The notes under the pieces: generated by a model
The model's database searches: none
The model's input: the letters and a program-made list of their open reading frames with translations, nothing else
Told to the model about the DNA's origin: nothing
Source: an uncultured Nitrospiraceae bacterium
GTDB taxonomy: Bacteria; UBA10199; SBBF01
Direction of reading: 5' to 3'
DNA: 60,480 nt
NCBI GenBank assembly: GCA_964592255.1
Contig: CAZQCI010000002.1
Location: 1-60,480 of the forward strand
Part shown: one piece after another, positions 40,438 to 49,430 of the stretch
Layout: each line of letters opens with the position of its first letter
Position numbering within the stretch: position 1 is the stretch's first letter
Translations under genes and position numbers: made by a program

Positions 40438-41397
40438 ATGGCTAAACAAATTTCCAAATTAGAATCTGCTTCAGAAAGCCCACGACAACTGTTTCATTTT
40501 CCGTTCATGAAGTATCGGAACTTTTTTCTTGTTTTGTCGGCGGTTTTTGTTTTTGCCAGCCTTTTCTTTATTGTGAAACATGGTTTCAATTTTGGCGTCG
40601 ATTTTATGGGTGGTATTAAACTAGTTTATAAATTTGCAGACCCTATCGGTGACGATAAAATTCGTAGTATGCTTTCCGATTTGGGCTTGGGAGATGCTGA
40701 AGTCGCCAGTTTTGGGGATGTATCGGAACATAGTTTTTTGATTAAAGTTAGATATGAAGAAGGGCGTGATACCGTTAAGGAAATTACCGAAAAATTTAAT
40801 AAAGAGTTATCGGCTGATAAAGTCACTCGTCTTTCTGAAGAAACTGTGGGTCCAAAAGTGGGAGCAGATCTTCGTAAACGCGGGATTTTTTCCGTTGTGC
40901 TCACTCTTATCCTGATTCTTATTTACATCGGTTGGCGTTTTGATTTTCTTTTTTCCCCAGGGGCTGTTTTAGCTCTCGTTCACGATACCGTGTTTGCGTT
41001 GGGCATGTTCACTTTTTTTCATAAGGAGTTTAATCTTCCTATTCTAGCGGCGGTATTAACTCTCATCGGTTATTCCAACAACGATACTATTATCATCTAT
41101 GACCGTGTGCGGGAAAATTTGCGTAAACTGTCCTCTAACGTTTCTTTAACTGAACTTATCGACCTGTCTCTTAACGAAACTTTAAGCCGCTCTATCGTTA
41201 CTCATTTAACCGTTCTTTTTGCTATGGTGGTACTGTTCTTTTTTGGTGGTGGTGTTATTCATGATTTTGCTTTTTTCATGATCGTCGGGGTGATTGTTGG
41301 AAGTTATTCCTCTATTTTCATTGCTTCTCCTGTCTATTTAATTTGCCAAAAATGGTTTCCAGGTAAAGGTTTAGCCCGTGGGTCTACTAAAAAATAA
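40438..41397 (+). CDS. secF: Protein translocase subunit SecF
   Basis: SecF pattern (FNFGVDFMGG..., IGYSNNDTIIIYDRVREN). Follows secD. Confidence 0.92.
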   Translation: MAKQISKLESASESPRQLFHFPFMKYRNFFLVLSAVFVFASLFFIVKHGFNFGVDFMGGIKLVYKFADPIGDDKIRSMLSDLGLGDAEVASFGDVSEHSFLIKVRYEEGRDTVKEITEKFNKELSADKVTRLSEETVGPKVGADLRKRGIFSVVLTLILILIYIGWRFDFLFSPGAVLALVHDTVFALGMFTFFHKEFNLPILAAVLTLIGYSNNDTIIIYDRVRENLRKLSSNVSLTELIDLSLNETLSRSIVTHLTVLFAMVVLFFFGGGVIHDFAFFMIVGVIVGSYSSIFIASPVYLICQKWFPGKGLARGSTKK

Positions 41398-41399
41398 TT

Positions 41400-43136
41400 A
41401 TGAAACAGTGGAGACTTACGTCGTCATTGCCGGAAACAGTCGATAAGCTGGCCACGGAAATGGGTGTGTCTCCTTTGGTGGCTCGACTTCTCATCAATCG
41501 TGGGGTGAACTCGGCAGAACAGGCCCACTCCTTTCTTTTCGATTCCTTAAAAGATCTTCCCAACCCTTTTTTATTTAAAGACATGAACCGTGCTGTAGAT
41601 CGGATTATCCAGGCCATTCATACAAAAGAAGGCATTGTCATTTATGGTGATTACGATGTGGATGGCACTACTTCTACCTCGCTTTTGTTGTTGTTTTTTC
41701 AAGATTTGGGTTTTCCAGTTCGCTTTTATATCCCGCATCGTATGAAGGAAGGGTATTCGCTTAATTCTGAGGCTCTCAAGCGATTAAAACAAGAAGGGGC
41801 TTCGGTAGTGATTACTGTCGATAATGGCATTGCTGCACAAAAAGAGGCGGAGGTGGCTCGTGAGTTAGGGATAGATCTTATCATCACCGATCATCATGAA
41901 GTGCCACCTCATCTACCTTCTGCCTATGCCGTAATTAATCCGTTACAAGAAGAATGTGCGTATCCGGCTAAAGTGATTTGTGGTTGTGGTGTGGCGTTTA
42001 ATTTGGCATTGGCCCTGCGACAAAAGTTGCGAGAACAAGGTTATTTTGCCACGCGTCCTGAACCTAATATGAAAAAATATCTCGACCTGGTGGCTTTGGC
42101 TACTGTGGCCGACGTGGTGCCGTTGACGGGCATTAATCGTGTTTTTGTGCGCGTTGGTTTGCAAGAAATGGAACATACATCACGACCCGGGTTGCAAGCC
42201 CTTAAAGAAGTAGCAGGGGTTGAATCTGTCAAAGCCTCTGATTTGGGTTTTAGGTTGGGCCCACGTGTGAATGCGTGTGGTCGACTCTATGATGCTTCTA
42301 CCGGCGTACGTCTTTTGACTTCTTCTCGTGTGGAAGAAGCGAGATTATTAGCTAAAGAACTGGATGCTGCTAATCGGGAACGTCAGGTTTTGGAAGAAAA
42401 AATACTTCATGCCGCCTTAGCCCAAGTTGCTACAGATCCTTTGTCGCAAACACGCTGGAGCCATGTGTTGTATCACCAAGACTGGCATCCGGGAGTTGTG
42501 GGGATTGTGGCCTCACGTTTAGTAAGTCGGCTCCATCGTCCGGTGATTGTTTTGGGTCAAGATGGTGATTCGATAAAAGGGTCGGCTCGCTCGTATGGGG
42601 GCTTAAACTTGGTGCAAGCTCTTCGAAACTGTTCTTCTTTGTTATTGCGATGTGGAGGGCATAAGGCCGCCGCAGGGTTGACGTTACAGCCGCAAAATTT
42701 TGATGCCTTTAAAAAAGCTTTTGAGGAAGAAGTGGCCTCTTCTTTATCTGCTGACGATTGTATTCCTCGACTGGAAATTGATGATTGGCTGGATCCTTCG
42801 GCCATTAACTTGAAATTGTTGCAAGATATTAGTCAGCTGGCTCCTTTTGGCCAAGGCAACCGTGAGCCGCTTTTTGCTCTCCGTGGTATTTTGCCCCTTT
42901 ACCCAAAAATTGTCGGAGAAAAACATTTAAAATTTAATGTGACTACCCGTGATAACACTTTATCGGCCATGGCTTTTGGTATGGCGGATTTCTGGCCTTT
43001 ACCGTCTTCAGTTAATCTGGCTTTTGCATGCGAGCTTAATACCTACCAAGGTCGCAATACCGTTCAACTTAATATTAAAGATATAAAAAATAGTCATCCC
43101 CGCGAAGGCGAGGATCCAGGAATATCGAATAGCTAA
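41400..43136 (+). CDS. recJ: Single-stranded-DNA-specific exonuclease RecJ
   Basis: DHH motifs (IYGDYDVDGTTS, ITVDNG, ITDHH) and DHHA1 (GGHKAAAG). The last ~14 codons (NSHPREGEDPGISNS) are encoded by a palindromic repeat. Confidence 0.9.
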   Translation: MKQWRLTSSLPETVDKLATEMGVSPLVARLLINRGVNSAEQAHSFLFDSLKDLPNPFLFKDMNRAVDRIIQAIHTKEGIVIYGDYDVDGTTSTSLLLLFFQDLGFPVRFYIPHRMKEGYSLNSEALKRLKQEGASVVITVDNGIAAQKEAEVARELGIDLIITDHHEVPPHLPSAYAVINPLQEECAYPAKVICGCGVAFNLALALRQKLREQGYFATRPEPNMKKYLDLVALATVADVVPLTGINRVFVRVGLQEMEHTSRPGLQALKEVAGVESVKASDLGFRLGPRVNACGRLYDASTGVRLLTSSRVEEARLLAKELDAANRERQVLEEKILHAALAQVATDPLSQTRWSHVLYHQDWHPGVVGIVASRLVSRLHRPVIVLGQDGDSIKGSARSYGGLNLVQALRNCSSLLLRCGGHKAAAGLTLQPQNFDAFKKAFEEEVASSLSADDCIPRLEIDDWLDPSAINLKLLQDISQLAPFGQGNREPLFALRGILPLYPKIVGEKHLKFNVTTRDNTLSAMAFGMADFWPLPSSVNLAFACELNTYQGRNTVQLNIKDIKNSHPREGEDPGISNS

Positions 43137-43168
43137 AGACACTGGATCCTCGCCTTCGCGGGGATGAC
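43093..43168. repeat. GTCAT-hairpin family repeat: perfect 27-bp inverted pair with 22-nt spacer
   Basis: GTCATCCCCGCGAAGGCGAGGATCCAG (43093-43119) and its exact reverse complement (43142-43168). The recJ stop codon lies in the spacer. Confidence 0.85.
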
Positions 43169-43276
43169 TCTATTATTATGCAGCGCGTTATTTTTGTGTT
43201 GACACATTTTGACGCGACGTGTTAGCGATTTAAAAGAATTGTTGGTGAAAGGTTTCAATCAGTTAAGGAGAGAGTC

Positions 43277-43807
43277 ATGGTAGGATCAGTCAAAAAAACA
43301 AAAAAAGGGTTAGATATTCATTTTTTGAAAAACCGTTTGACCAAAATCAATAAGGTTTTGGGAAAACTTGAGACGGAAGTTGAAAAAACGGTGTCGCGCT
43401 TTATGAAGCGGGGTGAAAAATCCAGTTTAGTTCTTAAAAAGCAATTGGATGAAGTGGTGGAAAAGATTAGCCAGTCCGATATTTATTCTCGGGCTAATGA
43501 AAAAGGTGAAGACCTTTTGCGTGAGGTGCGTCGTTTAGCTGATGACGTTATTTCCAAACTCAAAAACTTTGATTTAACTGTCGCTAAGCCTGTTTTGAAA
43601 GATTTACGCGGCAATGTTGAGGAATTGTTTGATAAAATTCAAAAGGCCGGTTTTGTTGAAAAAGCCAAAGATAAAGTGGCAGATACCCGTGACCAGCTTT
43701 TAACTGTTCTTCACATCCCTTCACAAAAAGATGTGACCCAGTTAGCCCAAAAAGTAAGCCGGCTGGAAAAAAGAATTAAAAACTTTGGCAATAAGCACGC
43801 AGCATAA
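43277..43807 (+). CDS. Phasin-like (PhaF/PhaI N-terminal-type) coiled-coil protein
   Basis: AAGGAGAGAG RBS. Charged helical protein whose C-terminal LHIPSQKDVTQLAQKVSRLEKRI resembles the conserved PS(R/Q)K(D/E)V...L motif of PHA-granule phasins. Tentative call. Confidence 0.5.
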   Translation: MVGSVKKTKKGLDIHFLKNRLTKINKVLGKLETEVEKTVSRFMKRGEKSSLVLKKQLDEVVEKISQSDIYSRANEKGEDLLREVRRLADDVISKLKNFDLTVAKPVLKDLRGNVEELFDKIQKAGFVEKAKDKVADTRDQLLTVLHIPSQKDVTQLAQKVSRLEKRIKNFGNKHAA

Positions 43808-43848
43808 TTAATTTTTAAGCAGTAACAAATCTACCTCCCTCTAAAAAG

Positions 43849-43899
43849 GCCCGTTGGCGACAACTCACAAGGTTGAAGCCGGCGGGCTTTTTATTTTTT
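43849..43899 (+). terminator. Probable terminator after the phasin-like gene
   Basis: GCCCGTTGGC ... GCCGGCGGGC is a 10-bp stem including two G-U pairs, with a long 19-nt loop, followed by TTTTTATTTTTT. Confidence 0.45.
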
Positions 43900-43958
43900 A
43901 TCTTTAATTCTTAACCAGGATGAAACATACTTTGATTATCTTCAACTAAGAGGTTTTT

Positions 43959-45059
43959 ATGTTTTCTGTAAAAAGCATGTTTTTTAAAATTGGTTTAGGA
44001 ATTGCGGCTTTTGTTATTTTTTTGGCCGTAGGGGCTTTATTTATAGTTTTTAGTTTTATTAAGAACTCCCAGCCCTATAAAATGAGTACAGAGTTTATTA
44101 AGCAAAATCCTGTCGTGATAGAATCGTTAGGGGCTGTAAAACGGTTTGGATATTTTCCTACTGCTCGTATGGGTGTGAATCAAGAAGGTAGGGCGAAAAC
44201 CAGTTTAAAGATTAAAGTTGTCGGTGAGCAGCATTCCGCTTCTGTTCATACCCATTTCTTGGAGAATGAAAAAGGTGAGTGGGTTTTAGACAATGCTTGG
44301 CTTTTAGAATCATCGTCCGATCCCCGCTCTTTGCTTAATTTATCTGTGACGAAAGTGGATTTTCATCACGAATCGGCTTCTGGTCCCCTTGTTTTAGATC
44401 ATCGTTATCATTTGGGGGAGTCTCTTTATTGGACTGTCGGTGTGGTGAATTTTATGAAAAAAGACGGCCAAGCTCATCTCATTGAAGGGCTGACTATTCT
44501 AGATGCCCAAGGAAATGTTGTGGCTTCTAACCCTCAATTGGCGTCTTATCAAGATGCCGTATCCACAGATACATTATTTTTTGAAAATCATGCCAGTCTT
44601 CCTTCCACCGGCACTTACTTATTGAAAACTTTAATTACTGATGTGTGGACTGGTAAACAAGTGGAGCGTGAGGATCGGATTGAAATTATTTCTTCCGATA
44701 AATTAGAAATCTACGGCTTATCTTATAGGGACGCTGCTCCCGACGGACCCGTGAAGAAAGAGCCTGTCTATACTTTAGGTTCTCCGGTTTTTCTTAATTT
44801 TAATCTTGCCGGTGTGACATTATCGAATGGTTCCATTAATTGTGTCGAGGATTTATATGTTTTAGATGAGTCTGGAAAAACTGTTTTGTCTCAACCGGGT
44901 ATTTTGACTATTAATGAAGGCTGGACTACGACAGATTCATTGCTTTTACAAAATCGGCTTGATGTTACCCAGGGTGGGAAGTACAAGGTTAAAATCGTTG
45001 TCCATGACCAAAACGCCGGAGTGACGGCAGAAACAGAAAGTTCTTTTTCAATACAATAA
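43959..45059 (+). CDS. Hypothetical membrane-anchored extracytoplasmic protein
   Basis: N-terminal TM anchor, then a segment reminiscent of Coa1-type domains (SQPYKMSTEFIKQNPVVIESLG...GEWVLDNAWL), then beta-rich repeats. Its stop lies 5 nt before queC. Confidence 0.6.
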   Translation: MFSVKSMFFKIGLGIAAFVIFLAVGALFIVFSFIKNSQPYKMSTEFIKQNPVVIESLGAVKRFGYFPTARMGVNQEGRAKTSLKIKVVGEQHSASVHTHFLENEKGEWVLDNAWLLESSSDPRSLLNLSVTKVDFHHESASGPLVLDHRYHLGESLYWTVGVVNFMKKDGQAHLIEGLTILDAQGNVVASNPQLASYQDAVSTDTLFFENHASLPSTGTYLLKTLITDVWTGKQVEREDRIEIISSDKLEIYGLSYRDAAPDGPVKKEPVYTLGSPVFLNFNLAGVTLSNGSINCVEDLYVLDESGKTVLSQPGILTINEGWTTTDSLLLQNRLDVTQGGKYKVKIVVHDQNAGVTAETESSFSIQ

Positions 45060-45064
45060 TTATT

Positions 45065-45751
45065 ATGCGTTCTTCTTCTATCGTTTTGTTATCGGGTGGT
45101 TTGGATTCTTTGGCAGCTTTCCATTGGGCTTTGGCAGAATCCGACCTTATGTTGGCTTTGACTTTCGATTATGGCCAAAGAGCGGTGGAGCGTGAAATTG
45201 AAGCTGCCAGCTTGCTTTGTAAAAAACATGATATTCAGCACCGTGTTATTGAGCTTCCTTGGTATAAAGTGATGAAAAATTCGGCTCTTTTAGATTCTAC
45301 TTTGCCTTTGCCGGAAATTGATAAAAGCCAATTAGATAATTCCAAAATTACCGATAAATCTGCGAAGGCCGTTTGGGTACCTAACCGTAACGGTGTGATG
45401 ATTAACGTCGCAGCAGCTTTAGCCGAGGCGATGGTGGCTAATTGGATAGTTGTTGGTTTTAACAAGGAAGAAGGGAGAACGTTTCCGGATAATTCCCCCG
45501 ACTACCTCAGTGCGGCCACCCAAGCCTTACATTATTCCACCAATGCCAGCGTTGTTGTCAAAGCCCCCATGGCGACTAAAACCAAAAAGCAAATTGTAGA
45601 GTGGGGCATTAAACATAACGTCGACTTTTCTCTGTTATGGAGCTGTTATCGGGGTGGAGATAGTATGTGTAAAACCTGTGAGTCGTGTCTTAGAGCCATC
45701 CGAGCCTTTGAAGAGGCCGGAGAAACAGATTGGTTGAAGAGGTTATTTTAA
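45065..45751 (+). CDS. queC: 7-cyano-7-deazaguanine (preQ0) synthase
   Basis: PP-loop IVLLSGGLDS and a C-terminal zinc cluster C-x8-C-x2-C-x2-C (CYRGGDSMCKTCESC). Confidence 0.9.
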   Translation: MRSSSIVLLSGGLDSLAAFHWALAESDLMLALTFDYGQRAVEREIEAASLLCKKHDIQHRVIELPWYKVMKNSALLDSTLPLPEIDKSQLDNSKITDKSAKAVWVPNRNGVMINVAAALAEAMVANWIVVGFNKEEGRTFPDNSPDYLSAATQALHYSTNASVVVKAPMATKTKKQIVEWGIKHNVDFSLLWSCYRGGDSMCKTCESCLRAIRAFEEAGETDWLKRLF

Positions 45752-46308
45752 TGCAATCGCAATTTATTGAAAAAGAAATCACTTACGATGGAACACAGCT
45801 TAAGTCCCATTGGATGTATGAAAACTTTGGGCTTCAGGGGAATTCTATTGTGAGCTTTGTTGGCCCATGCCGTGTTGATTTGTCCCATATGGTTGATTTG
45901 GAAGATGTACTCCAAAAAAAACCGATCTTTTCAGAAAAAATGCTGCATTTTATCGTCGAATATTTTGATCATGATCTTGAAAAAATGATTTTACGCCAAA
46001 GGCTGCTTATTTGTTTGATGCAGGAAGAGTTGATGAGAGAAGTTCCCGATACCGTGTTTGTTCGCAAAGGGAATGATCTTTTTGTCGATCATTTCAAGTT
46101 ATCCGTTTCCATTGCAACTCTTTCTCCAGTTTCAACCCTTATCCACACCGGGATTAACATCATCAGCCGTAATACACCCGTGCCCACACAGGGGCTTGAA
46201 GATTTTGGGCTCAATCCTGTGGCTTTTGGGTGGGGTCTTATCAATCGTTTTATTGAAGAAATGAAAAGTGTTGATTGGGCCCGATGTAAAGTAAGAGGAG
46301 TTTTCTAA
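45751..46308 (+). CDS. Uncharacterised protein embedded in the preQ0 operon (possibly DUF366-like; unverified)
   Basis: The ATG at 45751 overlaps the queC stop (TAATG), and the gene ends 8 nt before queE. It is 185 aa with no catalytic motif I can name. Confidence 0.6.
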   Translation: MQSQFIEKEITYDGTQLKSHWMYENFGLQGNSIVSFVGPCRVDLSHMVDLEDVLQKKPIFSEKMLHFIVEYFDHDLEKMILRQRLLICLMQEELMREVPDTVFVRKGNDLFVDHFKLSVSIATLSPVSTLIHTGINIISRNTPVPTQGLEDFGLNPVAFGWGLINRFIEEMKSVDWARCKVRGVF

Positions 46309-46316
46309 AATTATCC

Positions 46317-47045
46317 ATGGTGTCTCAAGCCAAGATCATCGAAATTTTTTCGTCCATTCAAGGAGAAGGTTTGTGGGTGGGTCTGCCCCAAACTTTTGTC
46401 CGCTTTAAAGGCTGCCGTCTGAAATGTACTTATTGTGATACGCCCCTTACCCATATGGCGATTCAAGAATCCCGTGTGGAATTTCCTCCTTACAGCAAAA
46501 ATTTTGAAAAACATCCTCTTGAATTTTCCATTGATGATATCAACAAACAACTCCAGCGTTTGAAAATTCCATCTATAGCCGTAACGGGAGGTGAGCCTCT
46601 GGAACAAGTTGATTTTTTAAAAGAATGGTTTCCAAGCCTTAAAAAACTGGGCTACACCATTTTGTTGGAGACAAGCGGTGTGGAGGTGAAAGCTCTTGAG
46701 CAAGTAATAAACTGGATCGATATAGTTAGCCTGGATGTTAAAATTCCTTCTGCCACGGGGGAGTCAAGTTTGTGGGATATGCACGAATCTTTTATTCGGA
46801 TTGCCATGTCCCGCCCAGCTTATGCCAAAATTGTTTTTAATGAAAAGATGACAGATGAAGAGAAAGGAAAGATTCTATTATTGATGGAAAAATTTCCCCA
46901 GCTTAATTTTATCTTTCAACCGGTTTCACCTTTAGCGCATCGTGATATGAAAAATATTTTGGAATTATTTTCTTATTTTTCAAATCGTCATCCTGCTCAG
47001 GTTCGACTTATTCCCCAAACACACAAATTTTTAGGGGTGAGCTGA
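46317..47045 (+). CDS. queE: 7-carboxy-7-deazaguanine synthase (radical SAM)
   Basis: N-terminal EIFSSIQGEG, the radical-SAM cluster motif CRLKCTYC (CxxxCxxC), and GGEPL. Confidence 0.85.
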   Translation: MVSQAKIIEIFSSIQGEGLWVGLPQTFVRFKGCRLKCTYCDTPLTHMAIQESRVEFPPYSKNFEKHPLEFSIDDINKQLQRLKIPSIAVTGGEPLEQVDFLKEWFPSLKKLGYTILLETSGVEVKALEQVINWIDIVSLDVKIPSATGESSLWDMHESFIRIAMSRPAYAKIVFNEKMTDEEKGKILLLMEKFPQLNFIFQPVSPLAHRDMKNILELFSYFSNRHPAQVRLIPQTHKFLGVS

Positions 47046-48182
47046 TGGAGCATCAGGTGTAGCCGGCTTAATCTGATAAGACTCAATCTGCACTTGAGAG
47101 AAGGGTGTTCCCGGTGTTGGGTTATCACTTAAACGCCGGCTCCAAGCGATAAAGTAAGTATCTCCCAAAAAAGCGACCGTTGGATGAACATGGCCTACTC
47201 CGAAATCGCCGATTTTTTCGTCGGCTAAAACATCTCCATGGTTGTCGATGATCTTGATATACGGACTATAAGGATTTTGGTTGAAATCTCCCATACCTGA
47301 AAGACGTGAGATATAGGTGATAACCCAAATATTTCCATTGATATTGATGCCTGTTGGAAATGTTTCTTGGCGCTGGTTGGATGGTAACGTAATTGATTTT
47401 TCAATCTCTCCATTTTGATTGAATGCAGTTAATGTGAGGGAATTTATACTTTGTGGGCCATTTCCGGAAATGAGAATGACATAACCATCTGCGGTACACA
47501 CAAGACTGTTGCCCATATCACTGGATAATGTTTGCCCCGGACCAGCGGGATATTCATGGGTACTCAGTATTTTCCCATCTAAACTGACTTCCCGAATTTT
47601 AAGTTTTTGTGCCCCCGTTGATGTGGTGATGAGAAGATGATCTTTTTGCCATGCAATAGCCATGTCCGGAAAATTTTCTCCCGTGCCTGGGAGAGCGTTG
47701 GCAACAATAGGAACCCGTGTGATCTCATTTCCCTGAAGATCAAAACGTGCGAGCATCAACGATTGATTTTCGGCATAAGCTTCCATGGGTCCACTCGCTT
47801 GGATAGGAAAGCGACCGCCTTTCCAAACATTGGATTGGTAGACGACTATCAGTTGATTGTTTGCAATCAGGGCACGATGATCTGAAGGATCCCCATATTG
47901 GGTTGTGATAGTTGTAACGGGAAAAGGATTGCCCACTTGTTTTAAGTCTTTCGTATAATGATAGGCCTGATGCTTGATTTGTCTATCAGGCTGGCTTGGA
48001 TTCATCGCAGGAGCGACCACGACAACAAAAAGATCTCCATCGGGTCCGGCCACTATTTCGGGGCGATGCGTGCCAGGAGGCATGGCAAAACTGTCAATGT
48101 GGTTTAACGATAAGGGATCCTTCGCAAAAGAGGAATGGCTCCATACAAAGAATAAACTAAGAGAAAAAATTAATAGGCGCAT
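47031..48182 (-). CDS. Hypothetical secreted protein (beta-rich, possibly propeller-like)
   Basis: Signal peptide MRLLIFSLSLFFVWSHSSFA followed by repetitive beta-strand-like segments. No family recognised. Its 3' end overlaps the queE 3' end by 15 nt (convergent). Confidence 0.65.
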   Translation of the reverse strand: MRLLIFSLSLFFVWSHSSFAKDPLSLNHIDSFAMPPGTHRPEIVAGPDGDLFVVVVAPAMNPSQPDRQIKHQAYHYTKDLKQVGNPFPVTTITTQYGDPSDHRALIANNQLIVVYQSNVWKGGRFPIQASGPMEAYAENQSLMLARFDLQGNEITRVPIVANALPGTGENFPDMAIAWQKDHLLITTSTGAQKLKIREVSLDGKILSTHEYPAGPGQTLSSDMGNSLVCTADGYVILISGNGPQSINSLTLTAFNQNGEIEKSITLPSNQRQETFPTGININGNIWVITYISRLSGMGDFNQNPYSPYIKIIDNHGDVLADEKIGDFGVGHVHPTVAFLGDTYFIAWSRRLSDNPTPGTPFSQVQIESYQIKPATPDAPSAHP

Positions 48183-48244
48183 ATCCTTAATATAGATGAA
48201 GTTAATTGATTGAACAGCTTTCTTTTTTTAGTTATGTTCTCTGA

Positions 48245-49429
48245 ATGCGAAATCGTCAACAAGCTGAAGAGTTTGAAAAAAGTTTTTTGGCCCCTTATGC
48301 GGTTACCAGTAAAGATTCCGAAGGCCGTCTTTTTTCCGAAGCAGAACATCCGGCCCGTACCTGTTTTCAAAGGGATCGCGATCGTGTCATTCATTCCCGC
48401 GCTTTTCGAAGACTAATGTATAAAACTCAAGTTTTTGTTAATCATGAAGGGGATTACTACCGTACCCGGCTAACTCATAGCTTAGAAGTGGCGCAAATCG
48501 CTCGCTCCATTGCCCGTATGTTACGTTTAAACGAAGATTTGACCGAAACCATTTCGTTAGCTCACGATCTGGGACATACCCCTTTTGGTCATTCCGGACA
48601 AGACGTGATGAATGTGTTGATGAAAGAGCACGGTGGTTTTGAGCATAACCGTCAATCTTTCCGTGTTGTCACTCTTTTGGAAGATCGTTATCCGGAATTT
48701 TTAGGACTCAATTTAACGGTTGAAGTTTTAGAAGGCATTGCCAAGCACGCCAGTGAATACGATATGCCTCAAGGTATTAAATTTAAAAAGAAAGGCTACC
48801 CTACTTTAGAAGCCCAAATCTGCAATCTTGCCGATGAAATTGCCTATAACAATCACGATATCGATGATGGTTTAAAATCCGGAATGATCGATTTACAAAA
48901 ATTATCCGAAGTCGATTTATGGCAAAGTCATTTTTCACAGGTGCAACAAAGATATCCTCGCCTTATGTTGCATCTCCAAATTTCGGAAACGGTTAAAGAA
49001 TTGATTAATACATTAGTTACCGATTTAGTTGCCGAGACATCCAAAAATATTGAGGCCATGGGCTTGCGCCATGTGAGCGACGTGCGTGAAAAAGGCAAGG
49101 GGTGTGTGAGTTTTTCCCCAGCTGTTCGTAAACAGACAATTGTTCTTAAAAAATTCTTACTGCAAAACATGTATCGTCATTATCGGGTGACACGTATGGC
49201 TGATAAAGCGGAACGTATCATGACAGAATTATTTAAGGCTTATCTTAAAAATATCCGTATTATTCCTCCCGATTTTGTTAAACGTTACGAAACCTCGGAT
49301 GATTCTCGCTTTGTTCCCTTACAAGGAGAAAAAAAGGAACGTATTGTTTGTGATTATATTGCTGGCATGACAGATCGTTTTGCTTTGGATGAGTATAAAA
49401 AATTATTCGATCCACACGAAAAGGTTTGA
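48245..49429 (+). CDS. dgt: dGTP triphosphohydrolase-like HD-domain protein
   Basis: FQRDRDRVIHS, RTRLTHSLEVAQI, HDLGHTPFGH and the C-terminal DYIAGMTDRFA motifs are typical of the Dgt family. Confidence 0.88.
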   Translation: MRNRQQAEEFEKSFLAPYAVTSKDSEGRLFSEAEHPARTCFQRDRDRVIHSRAFRRLMYKTQVFVNHEGDYYRTRLTHSLEVAQIARSIARMLRLNEDLTETISLAHDLGHTPFGHSGQDVMNVLMKEHGGFEHNRQSFRVVTLLEDRYPEFLGLNLTVEVLEGIAKHASEYDMPQGIKFKKKGYPTLEAQICNLADEIAYNNHDIDDGLKSGMIDLQKLSEVDLWQSHFSQVQQRYPRLMLHLQISETVKELINTLVTDLVAETSKNIEAMGLRHVSDVREKGKGCVSFSPAVRKQTIVLKKFLLQNMYRHYRVTRMADKAERIMTELFKAYLKNIRIIPPDFVKRYETSDDSRFVPLQGEKKERIVCDYIAGMTDRFALDEYKKLFDPHEKV

Positions 49430-49430
49430 T

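Noticed and set aside
43808-43958. Possible preQ1 riboswitch upstream of the gene block leading into queC (the CCCTCTAAAAAGG and CAACTAAGAGG tails looked superficially similar).
   Set aside because: I could not find the required P1 stem (5' partner of CCCTCT) or the conserved loop. The resemblance is limited to an A-rich tail near an SD sequence.
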